A DNA stretch of 63,983 bases, counting the filler, from Octopus bimaculoides (taxonomy: Eukaryota): the NCBI RefSeq assembly GCF_001194135.2. It is 7 parts of 5 records of this genome, joined end to end, with 100 filler letters (N's around TTAATTAATTAA, not from the genome) between each part and the next. Parts side by side here need not be neighbours in the genome. Positions count along the whole stretch, not along the records: positions 1 to 12,082 come from NC_068988.1; positions 12,183 to 21,261 come from NC_069005.1; 5 more parts are not named here. The stretch is one strand, 5' to 3'. The position numbers were made by a program, and so were the translations under genes. The notes below the pieces were generated by a model. That model worked only from the letters and a program-made list of their open reading frames with translations, was not told the DNA's origin and ran no database searches. Shown here one piece after another: positions 1-12,591 of this stretch (positions within the stretch are counted from its first letter, which is position 1; each line of letters begins with the position of its first letter).

Positions 1-36
<36 letters not shown>

Positions 37-695
37 GCATATACATATGTAAGTGCTCACGTAGATGTATGTGCAAGAGTTGGTGTCATTGCGTATTTGG
101 GTGTGTATATGTATGTATGTATGTATGTATGTGTGTATGTATGTACGCATGTATGTTTGTATTCATGTATAAGTGTGTCTTTGTGCAGGTTCTTATCTAT
201 TTATGTATGAATGATTAGTCAATCCACCCACCTATCCATGGTTCCATCCGTGTATCCATCTGTTATATTTCTTACCCTTCATTACAAGGGGGTGCGGGTG
301 TGAGTGCACGCGCGCATCTGTGTGTGTGCAAGAGAGGGAGACAGAGAGAGAGAGGGGAGAGGAGGAGAGGGAAAGAGATTAGAAGAGATGAGAGGAAGGG
401 GAAGAGAGGGAGAGAAGGAGAGAAAACCCAGTTTGAGGGAGAATAAACGAATAATTATATACGAATAAACGAAAAAAATGTATACGAATATTTATAAATA
501 AATATAAACGAATAAATATATAGAGAGAGAGTGAAGGAGAAAGAGAAATACAGAAAGGGAAAGATAGAAAGAGAAAGAGATAGAGGGGGGTGCAGATAAA
601 TAACAAGTTAGCTATTCTTTATTTGTTTCTGCTATATATATATGACAGACAAGGAAACGAATGAGAGAATACACACACACACACACATACATACA

Positions 696-731
<36 letters not shown>

Positions 732-738
732 TACATAG

Positions 739-812
<74 letters not shown>

Positions 813-1344
813 NNNNNNNNNNNNNNNNNNNNNNNNNNNNNNNNNNNNNNNNNNNNNNNNNNNNNNNNNNNNNNNNNNNNNNNNNNNNNNNNNNNNNNNN
901 NNNNNNNNNNNNNNNNNNNNNNNNNNNNNNNNNNNNNNNNNNNNNNNNNNNNNNNNNNNNNNNNNNNNNNNNNNNNNNNNNNNNNNNNNNNNNNNNNNNN
1001 NNNNNNNNNNNNNNNNNNNNNNNNNNNNNNNNNNNNNNNNNNNNNNNNNNNNNNNNNNNNNNNNNNNNNNNNNNNNNNNNNNNNNNNNNNNNNNNNNNNN
1101 NNNNNNNNNNNNNNNNNNNNNNNNNNNNNNNNNNNNNNNNNNNNNNNNNNNNNNNNNNNNNNNNNNNNNNNNNNNNNNNNNNNNNNNNNNNNNNNNNNNN
1201 NNNNNNNNNNNNNNNNNNNNNNNNNNNNNNNNNNNNNNNNNNNNNNNNNNNNNNNNNNNNNNNNNNNNNNNNNNNNNNNNNNNNNNNNNNNNNNNNNNNN
1301 NNNNNNNATATATATATATATATATATAGTTAATAAAAAAAACA

Positions 1345-1998
1345 TATACCAGAAAGAAGCACACCCTAAAGTATAGAGCAGTATTAACCAGATCTCACGC
1401 CAATCCAGTTGCCTCGCCCAGAGATAATAACCAGTCCGGGACAAGCGTCGCAGAGAGCGCCACCGTAGACCCCGGTACCACCATCACAGATAATGAATAA
1501 ACTATAGACACAGATAAAGTAACAAGGCCCGCAGAGTATGTTACCATCAGTACAATCGCCACACTTAGAAATGATGAGCAATCTAGGATCAGCAACTAGG
1601 AAGAGTTATCTGCTGTTCCCAGTACCACCACCACAGATGATGACCAAATAATTATCTTCGACACTGATGGGATGACAGGCCCCGCGTCATATGTTACCAT
1701 AGGTGCGAATAGGGCCACATCCCGTGTTTGTAAATATACTGGATCTGCGAGTACTTCTTTCAAGTGACGTTTTCTTAACCACCAGTCATCCTTCAGACTC
1801 CCAGAAAGATGGTTTGTCATGTCTTTGGCCTAGCATGTGTGGCACCTCAAAGATCAAGGGACCCCGTGTGGAAGTGACCGTTGCAAGATTTGCATGGTAG
1901 TGAGAGCCAAAATTCTTAAGGAATTTGGCGCGTTAAATAGTCATAAAGAAGTGTTTTCTAAATGTATCCACTTGAAGCGCTACTTACTGGAAAATTAG
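1345..1998 (+). mobile_element. Penelope-like retroelement GIY-YIG endonuclease relic (C-terminal CxxC...CxH type)
   Basis: A single frame reads ...KYTGSASTSFK*RFLNHQSSFRLPERWFVMSLA*HVWHLKDQG...RCKICMVVRAKIL...LNSHKEVFSKCIHLKRYLLEN*. This matches the PLE endonuclease pattern YIG-T-FK-R-NH-SF / LS-HIW-LK / CxLC / LN-R-E-SKCRH. There are four in-frame stops (1498, 1597, 1765, 1831), each one C>T away from CAA/CAG/CGA. Confidence 0.8.
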
Positions 1999-2168
1999 AT
2001 CTCCCCGTTTGCTGGTTAGGCTTCTTCGGGTCTATAAGGGTTGTTTTTCCTTTGCTTCAGGGGAGATAACCTGTCCTCATTAACGTTTTTTTTTAAAAGA
2101 CGTATTTCTCGATTTCTGAGCTTTTCTTCACGTCCGCAACGTAGAAATTTTAAATTTTTGTCTTTATT

Positions 2169-2231
2169 TAGAGTCGGATGAGCTGTCCACAAGGCTTTGG
2201 CTTTGTGGATGCGAAACCTTCGATAACTCTA
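2169..2231 (+). ncRNA. Type I hammerhead-ribozyme-like motif (degenerate) in the PLE 3' region
   Basis: TAGAGT-CGGATGA-GC(T)GTCCACAAGGC-TTTG-GCTTTGTGGAT-GC-GAAA-CC-TTC-GAT-A-ACTCTA. Stem I is TAGAGT/ACTCTA and stem II is long. The core is one change from CUGAUGA and the GAAA box is intact. It lies ~170 nt after the PLE ORF stop. Confidence 0.7.
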
Positions 2232-3214
2232 TGTCCAAGTGGTAATTTTGTTGTACGTATANNNNNNNNNNNNNNNNNNNNNNNNNNNNNNNNNNNNNNN
2301 NNNNNNNNNNNNNNNNNNNNNNNNNNNNNNNNNNNNNNNNNNNNNNNNNNNNNNNNNNNNNNNNNNNNNNNNNNNNNNNNNNNNNNNNNNNNNNNNNNNN
2401 NNNNNNNNNNNNNNNNNNNNNNNNNNNNNNNNNNNNNNNNNNNNNNNNNNNNNNNNNNNNNNNNNNNNNNNNNNNNNNNNNNNNNNNNNNNNNNNNNNNN
2501 NNNNNNNNNNNNNTATACGTATATATATTATAAATATATCAAACCCTCGTGTACATATAGGTACGAGAGGAAAATAGAACTCAAAATATGAGTATATGTA
2601 TATTTTTATTAATTTTTCCTCTCTCCTTCTCTTCCTCTCCCTCTCTACTCTCTTCCTTCCTTTCTCCCTCTCTTCCTGTCTCTCTCCTTCTCTCTCTCTT
2701 ACCCATACACACGCGCACGCGCGTGCACTCACACAATCACTCACACGCAGATAATGGAGAGTAAGAAATATACACAGAGGGAAATTAATATTTTTACATC
2801 GGTGTGACTGCACTAATTTTCAAAAAAAGACTGGCTAATCACTTAAATTCGTTCAGAAATAAAAGTAAAATTTGCAAACAAGTCCAATTCTGATCTATTA
2901 CAGACAGAAACAAAAACTTTACAATCAACTGGGTATTAATTAGTACTGCAAAACCATACAGACAAGGAACTAATAAATGAGACCTACGTATAGAAGAATT
3001 TTAACAAATTTTTATATCTGAGGATAATATAACAAATATAATATAAAAAATTTTAGACACGAACAGGATTTAAGATGCTTGCATATGAGAAAATTTGCCT
3101 TTGCTCAAAATAAATGAGTTCTAAATATTTAAACAAAATTTTTTGTAATAACTGAGTATAAGCAGTAAACGCGTAGTTAACCATAAATACTTACTACACA
3201 CCCACGCCTGCGCC

Positions 3215-3262
<48 letters not shown>

Positions 3263-3298
3263 ACACACGAGTTGATATGTATAAGCAAAATAAGATAA

Positions 3299-3515
3299 AG
3301 TAGAAAATGCTAAAATAATTTTATCATGAAGAACATTTTAGTACTGGTTTCAGTCTTTGCAATTTTTACAACTTAGAGTAAAGCATGAGAAGCAATTAAA
3401 TTGTGGAAAAATTAAAATGCTTTATAAAAATATTTCCATAGTTTTCAAATGCAATGGACATTTCCCTTTTTTCTATCTGTTTCTGTCTCACTTTTTTACT
3501 CTTGTGAGTTCTAGG
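3299..3515 (-). mobile_element. Probable PLE pseudo-LTR segment with a decayed hammerhead motif (3339-3374)
   Basis: ~220 bp homologous to 60530-60740. The minus strand reads TTGTAAA...GACT-GAAA-CCAGTA-CTA. It lies downstream of the minus-strand PLE endonuclease at 3820-4166. Confidence 0.45.
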
Positions 3516-3819
3516 CAGTTGGCAGCAGCTAGTAGTAGTTTGATATGAATTCTTGTCCGTGATTGTTTAAGTAGCAGTAGTAGTAGTAGTAGAGAAGAAG
3601 AAGAAGAAGAAGAAGAAGAAGAAGAAGAAGAATGCGGAAGTGGTATGACAGTAGTAGGATGTTGGTGGAATTTTCTTAAGCGGTCAAGTGACCTAAAAGT
3701 GGCTTGTTGTGGTTGTAATAGTAGTGATTGGGATTGTTCTGAATAAATTCATGTGAAGCGATTGTTTTTAATATATCGTTTTTAATATTTGCGTGGGTAT
3801 TATTCTAAGGCCTTTGTAA

Positions 3820-4166
3820 TAGTATCATTTGTGGTGGATGCATTCAAAAGGGGTTTATATTTTGTGATAAAGAATGACTCTTTACTAATTCGCTGAATAT
3901 AGGTTGCATCCTCCCTGAATTGATAGAGGGGAAAATTCTGAAGCTAGGTTGTTTATTATTGGCGCAAATGTCGATGTGTTTACTGAATGCTATTTTTCTG
4001 TATTTCCGAATTTTGATCTGGGATCTGCGCAGAGCTATCCTTTGGCGTAGACTGTTTTTGCTTGGCCTATGTATTGGTCTCGACACCCAGAGCAGGTTAA
4101 TACATATATCAGGTTCTCCGAAGCACATGTGAAGCTTGCCTTCACTGTGAAACGTTGTCCCTTTTG
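3820..4166 (-). mobile_element. Penelope-like (Neptune-like) GIY-YIG endonuclease relic
   Basis: Reads QKGQRFTVKASFTCASENLIYVLTCSGCRDQYIGQAK, then a frameshift in an A5 run, then NSLRQRIALRRSQIKIRKYRKIAFSKHIDICANNKQPSFRIFP, then another frameshift, then KESFFITKYKPLLN. The LIY-CxxC-YIG, catalytic R and terminal E..FI..P.LN motifs are all visible. Confidence 0.85.
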
Positions 4167-4285
4167 AAAGAGAACTCTGATCCCTCAATTAAGATGACAC
4201 ATGTTCCACAGTTAAGTTTTCCGCATTTTTTTACTGACGGTTACAGTGTTGTTGTGGAGACTTTTCATAGATTTGGGCTGTATGC

Positions 4286-4344
4286 TATGCAATAAAGTTT
4301 TGTATTAAGCTAGGTAAAACGCTACAGAAACTATCAAGAATCTA
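4286..4344 (+). mobile_element. mariner transposase N-terminal fragment
   Basis: YAIKFCIKLGK / ATETIKNL across a 1-nt frameshift; resembles the mariner N-terminal IKFCVKLGKSATET motif. Confidence 0.5.
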
Positions 4345-4543
4345 GATAGACCCGTTGCGAATTTCTTCGCTGGGTTCGTATGATAATGCTTGAACTTAAG
4401 ATCATGTTCGAATAATCTTTAGCTTAGAATTATTGTTTAAGTGTATTTTGGCACAGAATACTAATGATTTTGTCAGACATTTGTCAACAAATAGATAACA
4501 TTTCTATGGATATAGCTACAAATATGTGTCGAAGATGAATTAA

Positions 4544-5443
4544 TTGTGTTTACTTGCAAGAGTAAATAAATAAATGAAGAGAGGCGAGTTTATATGTCAC
4601 TATGGGGATATTTGATAGAGTTAAACTGTGAGAAATTATAAGAATTTGTATCCTTAGATTTCTAGCAGTTTCCGAATGACTTTACAAGGACTTTACTTAT
4701 ATGAGAAAATCATCTAGAATTGTAACTGATCACATATCTTGTTAAGATTTTCTCGGAAGTTTAACTAACGTTAATGAAATTTTGTTAAAGAGTTTGCAGT
4801 ATGTGTTGTTTGTTAGTAAATGGAAGAAAAATATATCAAGGAACGTTTTAATTATGTTTGTTCAAACACTTAAATACTAGATTGTATCCTATATTTCACT
4901 GAATGTTTTTATTTTTTTATGTTCAGGTAGCTATTGCATTTTCTCTGAGAAACCACATTTACGAAGAACTATAATAATGAGAAGTAATAAATAAACGTGT
5001 GTTCGTTTGAACATAGGGTTTAGCGCTTCGCAATGTTGGGAATTAGATTACGCAAACTTCTTGGTAGGCAGTTAAAACATTTTAAATGAGCAATATTTTC
5101 TTTCCACTAAGTCTAGAGCAAAGGCAATTGTATTATTTTTTGTCAGTAAAATTTAAAATATTTTTGAAAATAAGTAATAGAAAGCTCGCTTTCCACACTT
5201 ATACGTACGTTTTTCTCATTAAATACAAATTTGTGAGATTTTTCGTAAACCTTGTTCGTGCTCTAACCCTCTTACACGAGATTCTTTAAAGTCCTTGTAA
5301 AATCATCCGCAAACTGCTAGAAATCCAAGGATATCAATTCTTATAATTTCTCACACTTTAACTCTATCAAGTATCCCCATAGTGACATAAAAAAAAAACT
5401 CGCCTCTCTTCATTTACTTATTTACTTTTGCAAGTAAACACAA
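4544..5443. repeat. Inverted repeat pair (~155 bp arms at 4544-4695 and 5287-5443)
   Basis: The reverse complement of 5287-5443 aligns to 4544-4695 with scattered mismatches and one A-run indel. The spacer is ~590 bp. Confidence 0.85.
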
Positions 5444-5701
5444 GATGATTTCTTTGCATATAAAATTAAATTAATGCCGGATTCGTTAACTGGTGCAATG
5501 ATATTTGCAAAGACCAAAGCTTCGAAAAGAGGAGAATGCAAAGAATATAAATCACCGATGTAAAACTCAGTAAATTTACAATGTTTCCCAAAGCGGACAC
5601 TAGTAAACTATTTTAATAATTCTACATTCTTCTTCTACGAAAGGAAAGACACCACATCTTCTATTCTTAGAATAATTTTTTCTAGGTTTTACACACACAC
5701 A

Positions 5702-5752
<51 letters not shown>

Positions 5753-5776
5753 ACATTATTATTATTATTATTATTA

Positions 5777-5814
<38 letters not shown>

Positions 5815-5886
5815 ATAGAAAGGATTGAGGTAACTCCTCCTGAAGATATAGAGTCAAAATTTGACTCTATTATTATTATTATTATT

Positions 5887-5951
<65 letters not shown>

Positions 5952-6622
5952 CAAAAGAAAAAATATAAACGACTATAAATAAGGGCAATGGTATTTTAAT
6001 ATACTGACCATTGATAAAGTTTTTTTGAAAACATTTTATCCTTAAATACACTATCGCCCTGCCGCCTTCCTTTAACCGAGAAGGAATGGCTGTATTTATA
6101 TGCTTGGTGGCCCTGTCGAAAGAGGTTGTATGGTGGACGAGATTGAAGGGGCTGAAGACAAACATTTTTCTCCTTGGCCAATCCTTGATCAACTTCTTCA
6201 AGTTTCACTCGAAAAAGGTAAATAAGGGTAGAGAGGGAAGTGCTGTCTTCTAACCAGTTTGCTGAGAGGTGGATGAAAGTGGCGAGAATGGTGCGAGTGA
6301 ACGGGCCTACCCTGAGCATATGCCTGTAGTTAGACAATAGGAAAGGGAAAAAGGTGCTTGCCCCAAAAGTCAGGGTACCCGTTATTTTTTATGGGATTTT
6401 TTCATGAGCAGCCCTCGAATGTCTCCTACCTATTGAGGATCACACATTGATGTTTTTCTAATTTTGTTAGCCTTGTTTACATGCAAAACCCTCACACACA
6501 CATACTCACACACACATACTCACACACACATACTCACACACACATGCGCACACACTCCTGTACATGTCCTGTACTGTCCATAAGGATTTTCTTAATGTAA
6601 ACCCTTATGGTTAATAAAGAAA

Positions 6623-6707
<85 letters not shown>

Positions 6708-6774
6708 TATTATTATTATCATTATTATTATTATTATCTTATTATTATTAGTGACGGAAGTAGTAATAATACCG

Positions 6775-7242
6775 AAAGATAATGTTTATATCCAACTTAA
6801 CATGGGTGTGTTAGAACGCCGCACACTGCGTTATTAGGCTTGAGAGATACTCTCATATAGGTGTTTAGTGCATAAATGCACTTAGATCGTAGCAGACGAG
6901 AATAGTCTACCATGGGCGCCAGAATTCTCATATCACGTGATTTCATTCTTCTGGAGATCATCAGTGGAAAGCGTCCGGCCACTTCATGCCAGTCAAATCT
7001 CGTTGCAACGATATATAGAATATCCACATCCTTTCAGACACTGATGTCGCAAATATGATTTCCTGTAGAATGAAATCACGTGATATGGGAATTCAGGCAC
7101 TTATGATTGACGATTGTAGTCTGCTACGATCCATGTGTTTTCTTTTATGCACTGAGCGCCTATATGAGATCACTCAAGGCTAATAAAGCAGTATTTGGTG
7201 TTCTAGCAAAACATCCATATTAAGTTGGATAAAAACATTACC

Positions 7243-7243
<1 letters not shown>
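6775..7243. mobile_element. Fold-back element / long-TIR MITE
   Basis: Imperfect arms ~6775-6950 and ~7067-7243, e.g. GAATTCTCATATCACGTGATTTCATTCT versus AGAATGAAATCACGTGATATGGGAATTC. The spacer is ~115 bp. Confidence 0.8.
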
Positions 7244-7305
<62 letters not shown>

Positions 7306-8574
7306 NNNNNNNNNNNNNNNNNNNNNNNNNNNNNNNNNNNNNNNNNNNNNNNNNNNNNNNNNNNNNNNNNNNNNNNNNNNNNNNNNNNNNNNNNNNNNNN
7401 NNNNNNNNNNNNNNNNNNNNNNNNNNNNNNNNNNNNNNNNNNNNNNNNNNNNNNNNNNNNNNNNNNNNNNNNNNNNNNNNNNNNNNNNNNNNNNNNNNNN
7501 NNNNNNNNNNNNNNNNNNNNNNNNNNNNNNNNNNNNNNNNNNNNNNNNNNNNNNNNNNNNNNNNNNNNNNNNNNNNNNNNNNNNNNNNNNNNNNNNNNNN
7601 NNNNNNNNNNNNNNNNNNNNNNNNNNNNNNNNNNNNNNNNNNNNNNNNNNNNNNNNNNNNNNNNNNNNNNNNNNNNNNNNNNNNNNNNNNNNNNNNNNNN
7701 NNNNNNNNNNNNNNNNNNNNNNNNNNNNNNNNNNNNNNNNNNNNNNNNNNNNNNNNNNNNNNNNNNNNNNNNNNNNNNNNNNNNNNNNNNNNNNNNNNNN
7801 NNNNNNNNNNNNNNNNNNNNNNNNNNNNNNNNNNNNNNNNNNNNNNNNNNNNNNNNNNNNNNNNNNNNNNNNNNNNNNNNNNNNNNNNNNNNNNNNNNNN
7901 NNNNNNNNNNNNNNNNNNNNNNNNNNNNNNNNNNNNNNNNNNNNNNNNNNNNNNNNNNNNNNNNNNNNNNNNNNNNNNNNNNNNNNNNNNNNNNNNNNNN
8001 NNNNNNNNNNNNNNNNNNNNNNNNNNNNNNNNNNNNNNNNNNNGAGGGAGAGAGAGAGAGTGAGAGAGAGAGAGAGAGAGAGAATTCACAAAAAAACAAG
8101 ACAACGAACTGATGTATTAGTTTAACGCTCGGGAAGTGAAAAAGTCTTTAACGTTCCCAGAAAGGAACACAGGAAGAAACAAGGAGAGAAAATAAAGAAT
8201 CTATAGTGGCTAGCGATCCATCAAGGCGAATGCCGGATAGAGGGGTCACACAAGAGAGCTAGAAAGAAGGAGAGCTAATAAAGTAGTGGTGATGTATGTA
8301 TAAGAGAGTATCTATGTGCGTGTGGAAGAGGGCTGGTGACCTTGACGTGTGCGTGTGTGTATGTGCATGTGTGTAGATGTGGGGCTGGGAAGTGGTCAAT
8401 GCTAATGTGTGCGTGGTGGTGTGATGTGATGTGGTGTTGTGTGGTATGGTGGTGTNNNNNNNNNNNNNNNNNNNNNNNNNNNNNNNNNNNNNNNNNNNNN
8501 NNNNNNNNNNNNNNNNNNNNNNNNNNNNNNNNNNNNNNNNNNNNNNNNNNNNNNNAGTAGTAGTAGTAGTAGTA

Positions 8575-8790
8575 AGGCGGCGAGCTGGCAGAATCGTTAG
8601 CACGCCGCGCGAAATACTAAGCGTTATTTACGTTCTGAGTTCAAATTCCGCCGAGGTCGACTTTGCCTTTCATCCTTTCGGGGTCGATAAATTAAGGACT
8701 AGTTGCATACCGGGATCGATCTAATCGACTAGCCCCCTCCCCCAAAATTTCAGGCTTTGTGCCTATATTAGAAAGGATTATTATTATTAT
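8575..8790 (+). mobile_element. tRNA-derived SINE, family B
   Basis: GGCGAGCTGGCAGAATCGTTAGCACGCC...GAGTTCAAATTCC (A/B-box-like) with an (ATT)n tail. A second head at 8884-8927 runs into a gap. Confidence 0.85.
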
Positions 8791-8797
8791 TATTATT

Positions 8798-8833
<36 letters not shown>

Positions 8834-9629
8834 ATTATTATCATTACTACTACTACTACTACTACTACTACTGCTACTACTATTAAGGTGGCGATCTGGC
8901 AGAATCGTTAGCACGCCGGGCGAAATGNNNNNNNNNNNNNNNNNNNNNNNNNNNNNNNNNNNNNNNNNNNNNNNNNNNNNNNNNNNNNNNNNNNNNNNNN
9001 NNNNNNNNNNNNNNNNNNNNNNNNNNNNNNNNNNNNNNNNNNNNNNNNNNNNNNNNNNNNNNNNNNNNNNNNNNNNNNNNNNNNNNNNNNNNNNNNNNNN
9101 NNNNNNNNNNNNNNNNNNNNNNNNNNNNNNNNNNNNNNNNNNNNNNNNNNNNNNNNNNNNNNNNNNNNNNNNNNNNNNNNNNNNNNNNNNNNNNNNNNNN
9201 NNNNNNNNNNNNNNNNNNNNNNNNNNNNNNNNNNNNNNNNNNNNNNNNNNNNNNNNNNNNNNNNNNNNNNNNNNNNNNNNNNNNNNNNNNNNNNNNNNNN
9301 NNNNNNNNNNNNNNNNNNNNNNNNNNNNNNNNNNNNNNNNNNNNNNNNNNNNNNNNNNNNNNNNNNNNNNNNNNNNNNNNNNNNNNNNNNNNNNNNNNNN
9401 NNNNNNNNNNNNNNNNNNNNNNNNNNNNNNNNNNNNNNNNNNNNNNNNNNNNNNNNNNNNNNNNNNNNNNNNNNNNNNNNNNNNNNNNNNNNNNNNNNNN
9501 NNNNNNNNNNNNNNNNNNNNNNNNNNNNNNNNNNNNNNNNNNNNNNNNNNNNNNNNNNNNNNNNNNNNNNNNNNNNNNNNNNNNNNNNNNNNNNNNNNNN
9601 NNNNNNNNNNNNNNNNNNNNNNNNNNNNT

Positions 9630-9675
<46 letters not shown>

Positions 9676-9678
<3 letters not shown>

Positions 9679-9815
9679 CGGTTGTGCTAATAAACTAACA
9701 GAATAAGCACCAGGCTTAAAAGACACAATAAATCCTGGGTTCGATTAATTCGACTAAAATTCCTGAAGGCGGTGCCCTGGCATAACCGCACTCTAATGAT
9801 TTAAACAAATAAAAG
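9676..9815 (+). mobile_element. SINE family A 3' tail
   Basis: Homologous to the 15080-15233 tail (GGGTCGAT...GACTAA...GGCGGTGC...ATGACTGAAAC). Confidence 0.7.
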
Positions 9816-9841
9816 ATGAACGGTAGCTATCTATTTATATA

Positions 9842-10347
9842 TATGCAGCATATCCATAAATTACCTTTACAATTTGCAAAATTCAGAAAAAGATTGAAAA
9901 ATAAGCGTAACTCGGCAGAGTTTATTGGAAAATATAGGCAAACAAATAAAGGTTTATTGGAAACATCAGAACAATTCCACAAAGGGTCAATTGGTTGTAC
10001 GCAACACTACTTCTACACGATGCTCAGCTTCTGACCATGTGAGTGGGATTACCCCTCATCAATGTTGGATATGGCTCGGCGTATTTTTCCCTTGAGATCA
10101 TGAGTTTTTGAAATTTTGTACAATAGACTGTCTTTAATATAATCCCATAAGTCTAGACAGGCTATATCTCGTGACTTAAGTGGCCAGAGAGCTGGACAGC
10201 CTCTTCCTGTCCACGGGTTAAGGAGCCACACCACACCCAAGGGGGCACCATCAGGTCGGAAAATAACAGCTGATTGCAAGTGGTGAATCTGTAATACAAC
10301 AGGTCGAGGTAAGTGTTAGAATAGAGATAATTTATGAACAACCTATA
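9842..10347 (-). mobile_element. Internally deleted Tc1/mariner (DD37D/maT-like) element
   Basis: FRPDGAP...WTGRGCPALWPLKSRDIACLDLWDYIKD...DLKGKIRRAI matches the QDGAP / WPPRSPDLTPLDFFLWGYVK pattern. Degenerate TIR-like ends occur near 9842 (ATATCCATAAATT) and 10329-10347 (AATTTATGAACAACCTATA). Confidence 0.7.
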
Positions 10348-10393
10348 CACATAATCAGAATGTATCTATGTATATATAATACATCTAATACAT

Positions 10394-10435
<42 letters not shown>

Positions 10436-10722
10436 NNNNNNNNNNNNNNNNNNNNNNNNNNNNNNNNNNNNNNNNNNNNNNNNNNNNNNNNNNNNNNNNN
10501 NNNNNNNNNNNNNNNNNNNNNNNNNNNNNNNNNNNNNNNNNNNNNNNNNNNNNNNNNNNNNNNNNNNNNNNNNNNNNNNNNNNNNNNNNNNNNNNNNNNN
10601 NNNNNNNNNNNNNNNNNNNNNNNNNNNNNNNNNNNNNNNNNNCCCAGACACAACAGAATATACTTCAACACACGAACTCACATAAAGAATCTTGCAAACT
10701 AAATCCCAAAACGAAAAAAAAA

Positions 10723-10775
<53 letters not shown>

Positions 10776-10803
10776 TATATATATATATATATAGATATAT
10801 ATA

Positions 10804-10849
<46 letters not shown>

Positions 10850-10989
10850 AAGAGAGAAAGAGATAGAGAGAGAGACAGAAAGACAGAGAGAATATATATA
10901 CACATGCATAGATACATGCACATGCGCACACGAATACAACACACACACGCACGCACACACACACATATATATATACCTGTTCATATGTA

Positions 10990-11175
10990 TGTATGTCTGT
11001 ATGTGTGTGTGTGGGTCGATGTGTTTCTCCCCAGCAGCGCTTGACAACTGATGTTATTTTTATTGCGTTGCCGTAAATTAGCGTCGCTACAAAAGAGAGC
11101 ATTAGAAAAAATACTAGGGGTCGATTCATTCGACTAAAACCCTCCAATGTGGCTAATGACTGAAAAAAAGTAAAA
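10990..11175 (+). mobile_element. SINE family A 3' half
   Basis: CGCTTGACAAC...GGGGTCGATTCATTCGACTAA...AATGACTGAAA. Confidence 0.7.
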
Positions 11176-11366
11176 CAGAAAATATATACACGACAGTATA
11201 TGCTCCTTTATTTCAAATTCTCATTTGCTTTCGCCGTTTTTTCCACAAAACTAAAATTAAATTCAGTAATATTTATGAAGACATTTTTATATATTTGCTT
11301 GAAAATATATTTTAGTACAGGCAGGAATTATTTGCATAGTAACTATGTGAGCATGTGTGTGTGTGT

Positions 11367-11405
<39 letters not shown>

Positions 11406-11480
11406 TGCGTGTGCGTATGTTTGTATATCTTGATGCATATATACACTCATGTATATACAGTCAGTAATAATAGGTAAATA

Positions 11481-11528
<48 letters not shown>

Positions 11529-11546
11529 CATCTATCTATCTATCTA

Positions 11547-11612
<66 letters not shown>

Positions 11613-11920
11613 AGTGGGTGTGTGCGTGAATGAAAATCTGAGCAGATACTTACTATTTCTTCTGTCGTACATATACTAGCTTGATCGATCCATTGCCTGT
11701 AGCCATTATTCCAGCTCCCAACTCTTTGCATTTAGATTTGAATTTTAGGCACAAATTCGACATGAGCACTAATTGTATGTACTTGTACTACGTCATTTGA
11801 CATTGCATCAGCTACAATGTATAAACGTACGTGTGTGTGTTTGTGTATGTGCATGCGCGCGCTCTTGCATATGTGTGTAAATACGTACACACACACACAC
11901 ACATATATGCATGAATACGT

Positions 11921-12051
11921 GTGTAGCTTGTTTACCAACTACATGGCTCCGGGTTCAGTCCCACTGCGTGGAACCTTGGGCAAGTGTCTTCGACTATAGC
12001 CTCGACCAAAGCTTTGTGAGTGAATTGGTAGACGGAAACTGAAGAAGCCCA

Positions 12052-12056
<5 letters not shown>
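11921..12056 (+). mobile_element. SINE family A head
   Basis: CCGGGTTCAGTCCCACTGCGTGG-ACCTTGGGCAAGTGTCTT...GACGGAAACTGAAGAAGCCC. Confidence 0.85.
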
Positions 12057-12082
<26 letters not shown>

Positions 12083-12182
12083 NNNNNNNNNNNNNNNNNN
12101 NNNNNNNNNNNNNNNNNNNNNNNNNNTTAATTAATTAANNNNNNNNNNNNNNNNNNNNNNNNNNNNNNNNNNNNNNNNNNNN
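12083..12182. other. Artificial scaffold linker N44-TTAATTAATTAA-N44
   Basis: The identical 100-bp structure also occurs at 21262-21361, 31346-31445, 36587-36686, 60791-60890 and 62718-62817. Confidence 0.95.
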
Positions 12183-12299
<117 letters not shown>

Positions 12300-12591
12300 A
12301 GCAAATATTCTGCTCAATACCTGGCGACATCGACATGGACAACACTCTGGCAGAAAAATGTCAGATTCAAACAATGAGACAGACGTTGACCATACTCAGG
12401 AGAACTAGCTGAGTCAATAAAGCACTGGTTAAAATGTCGCACAGTATTTGTTCGAGCTTTGCGCTCTGAGTTCAAATCCAGTTGAGATCTACTTTGCCGC
12501 CTATTCCTTTTTGATATATATAAAAAAGTACCTATCTAAGCTGGTAGATTGGCGCAGCTGGAACAACATCAGACTGGATGTTTTGCATTCT

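Noticed and set aside
5996-6337. 113-aa minus-strand ORF in GC-richer DNA
   Set aside because: No motif I recognise. It may be a retroelement remnant, but this cannot be supported without a search.
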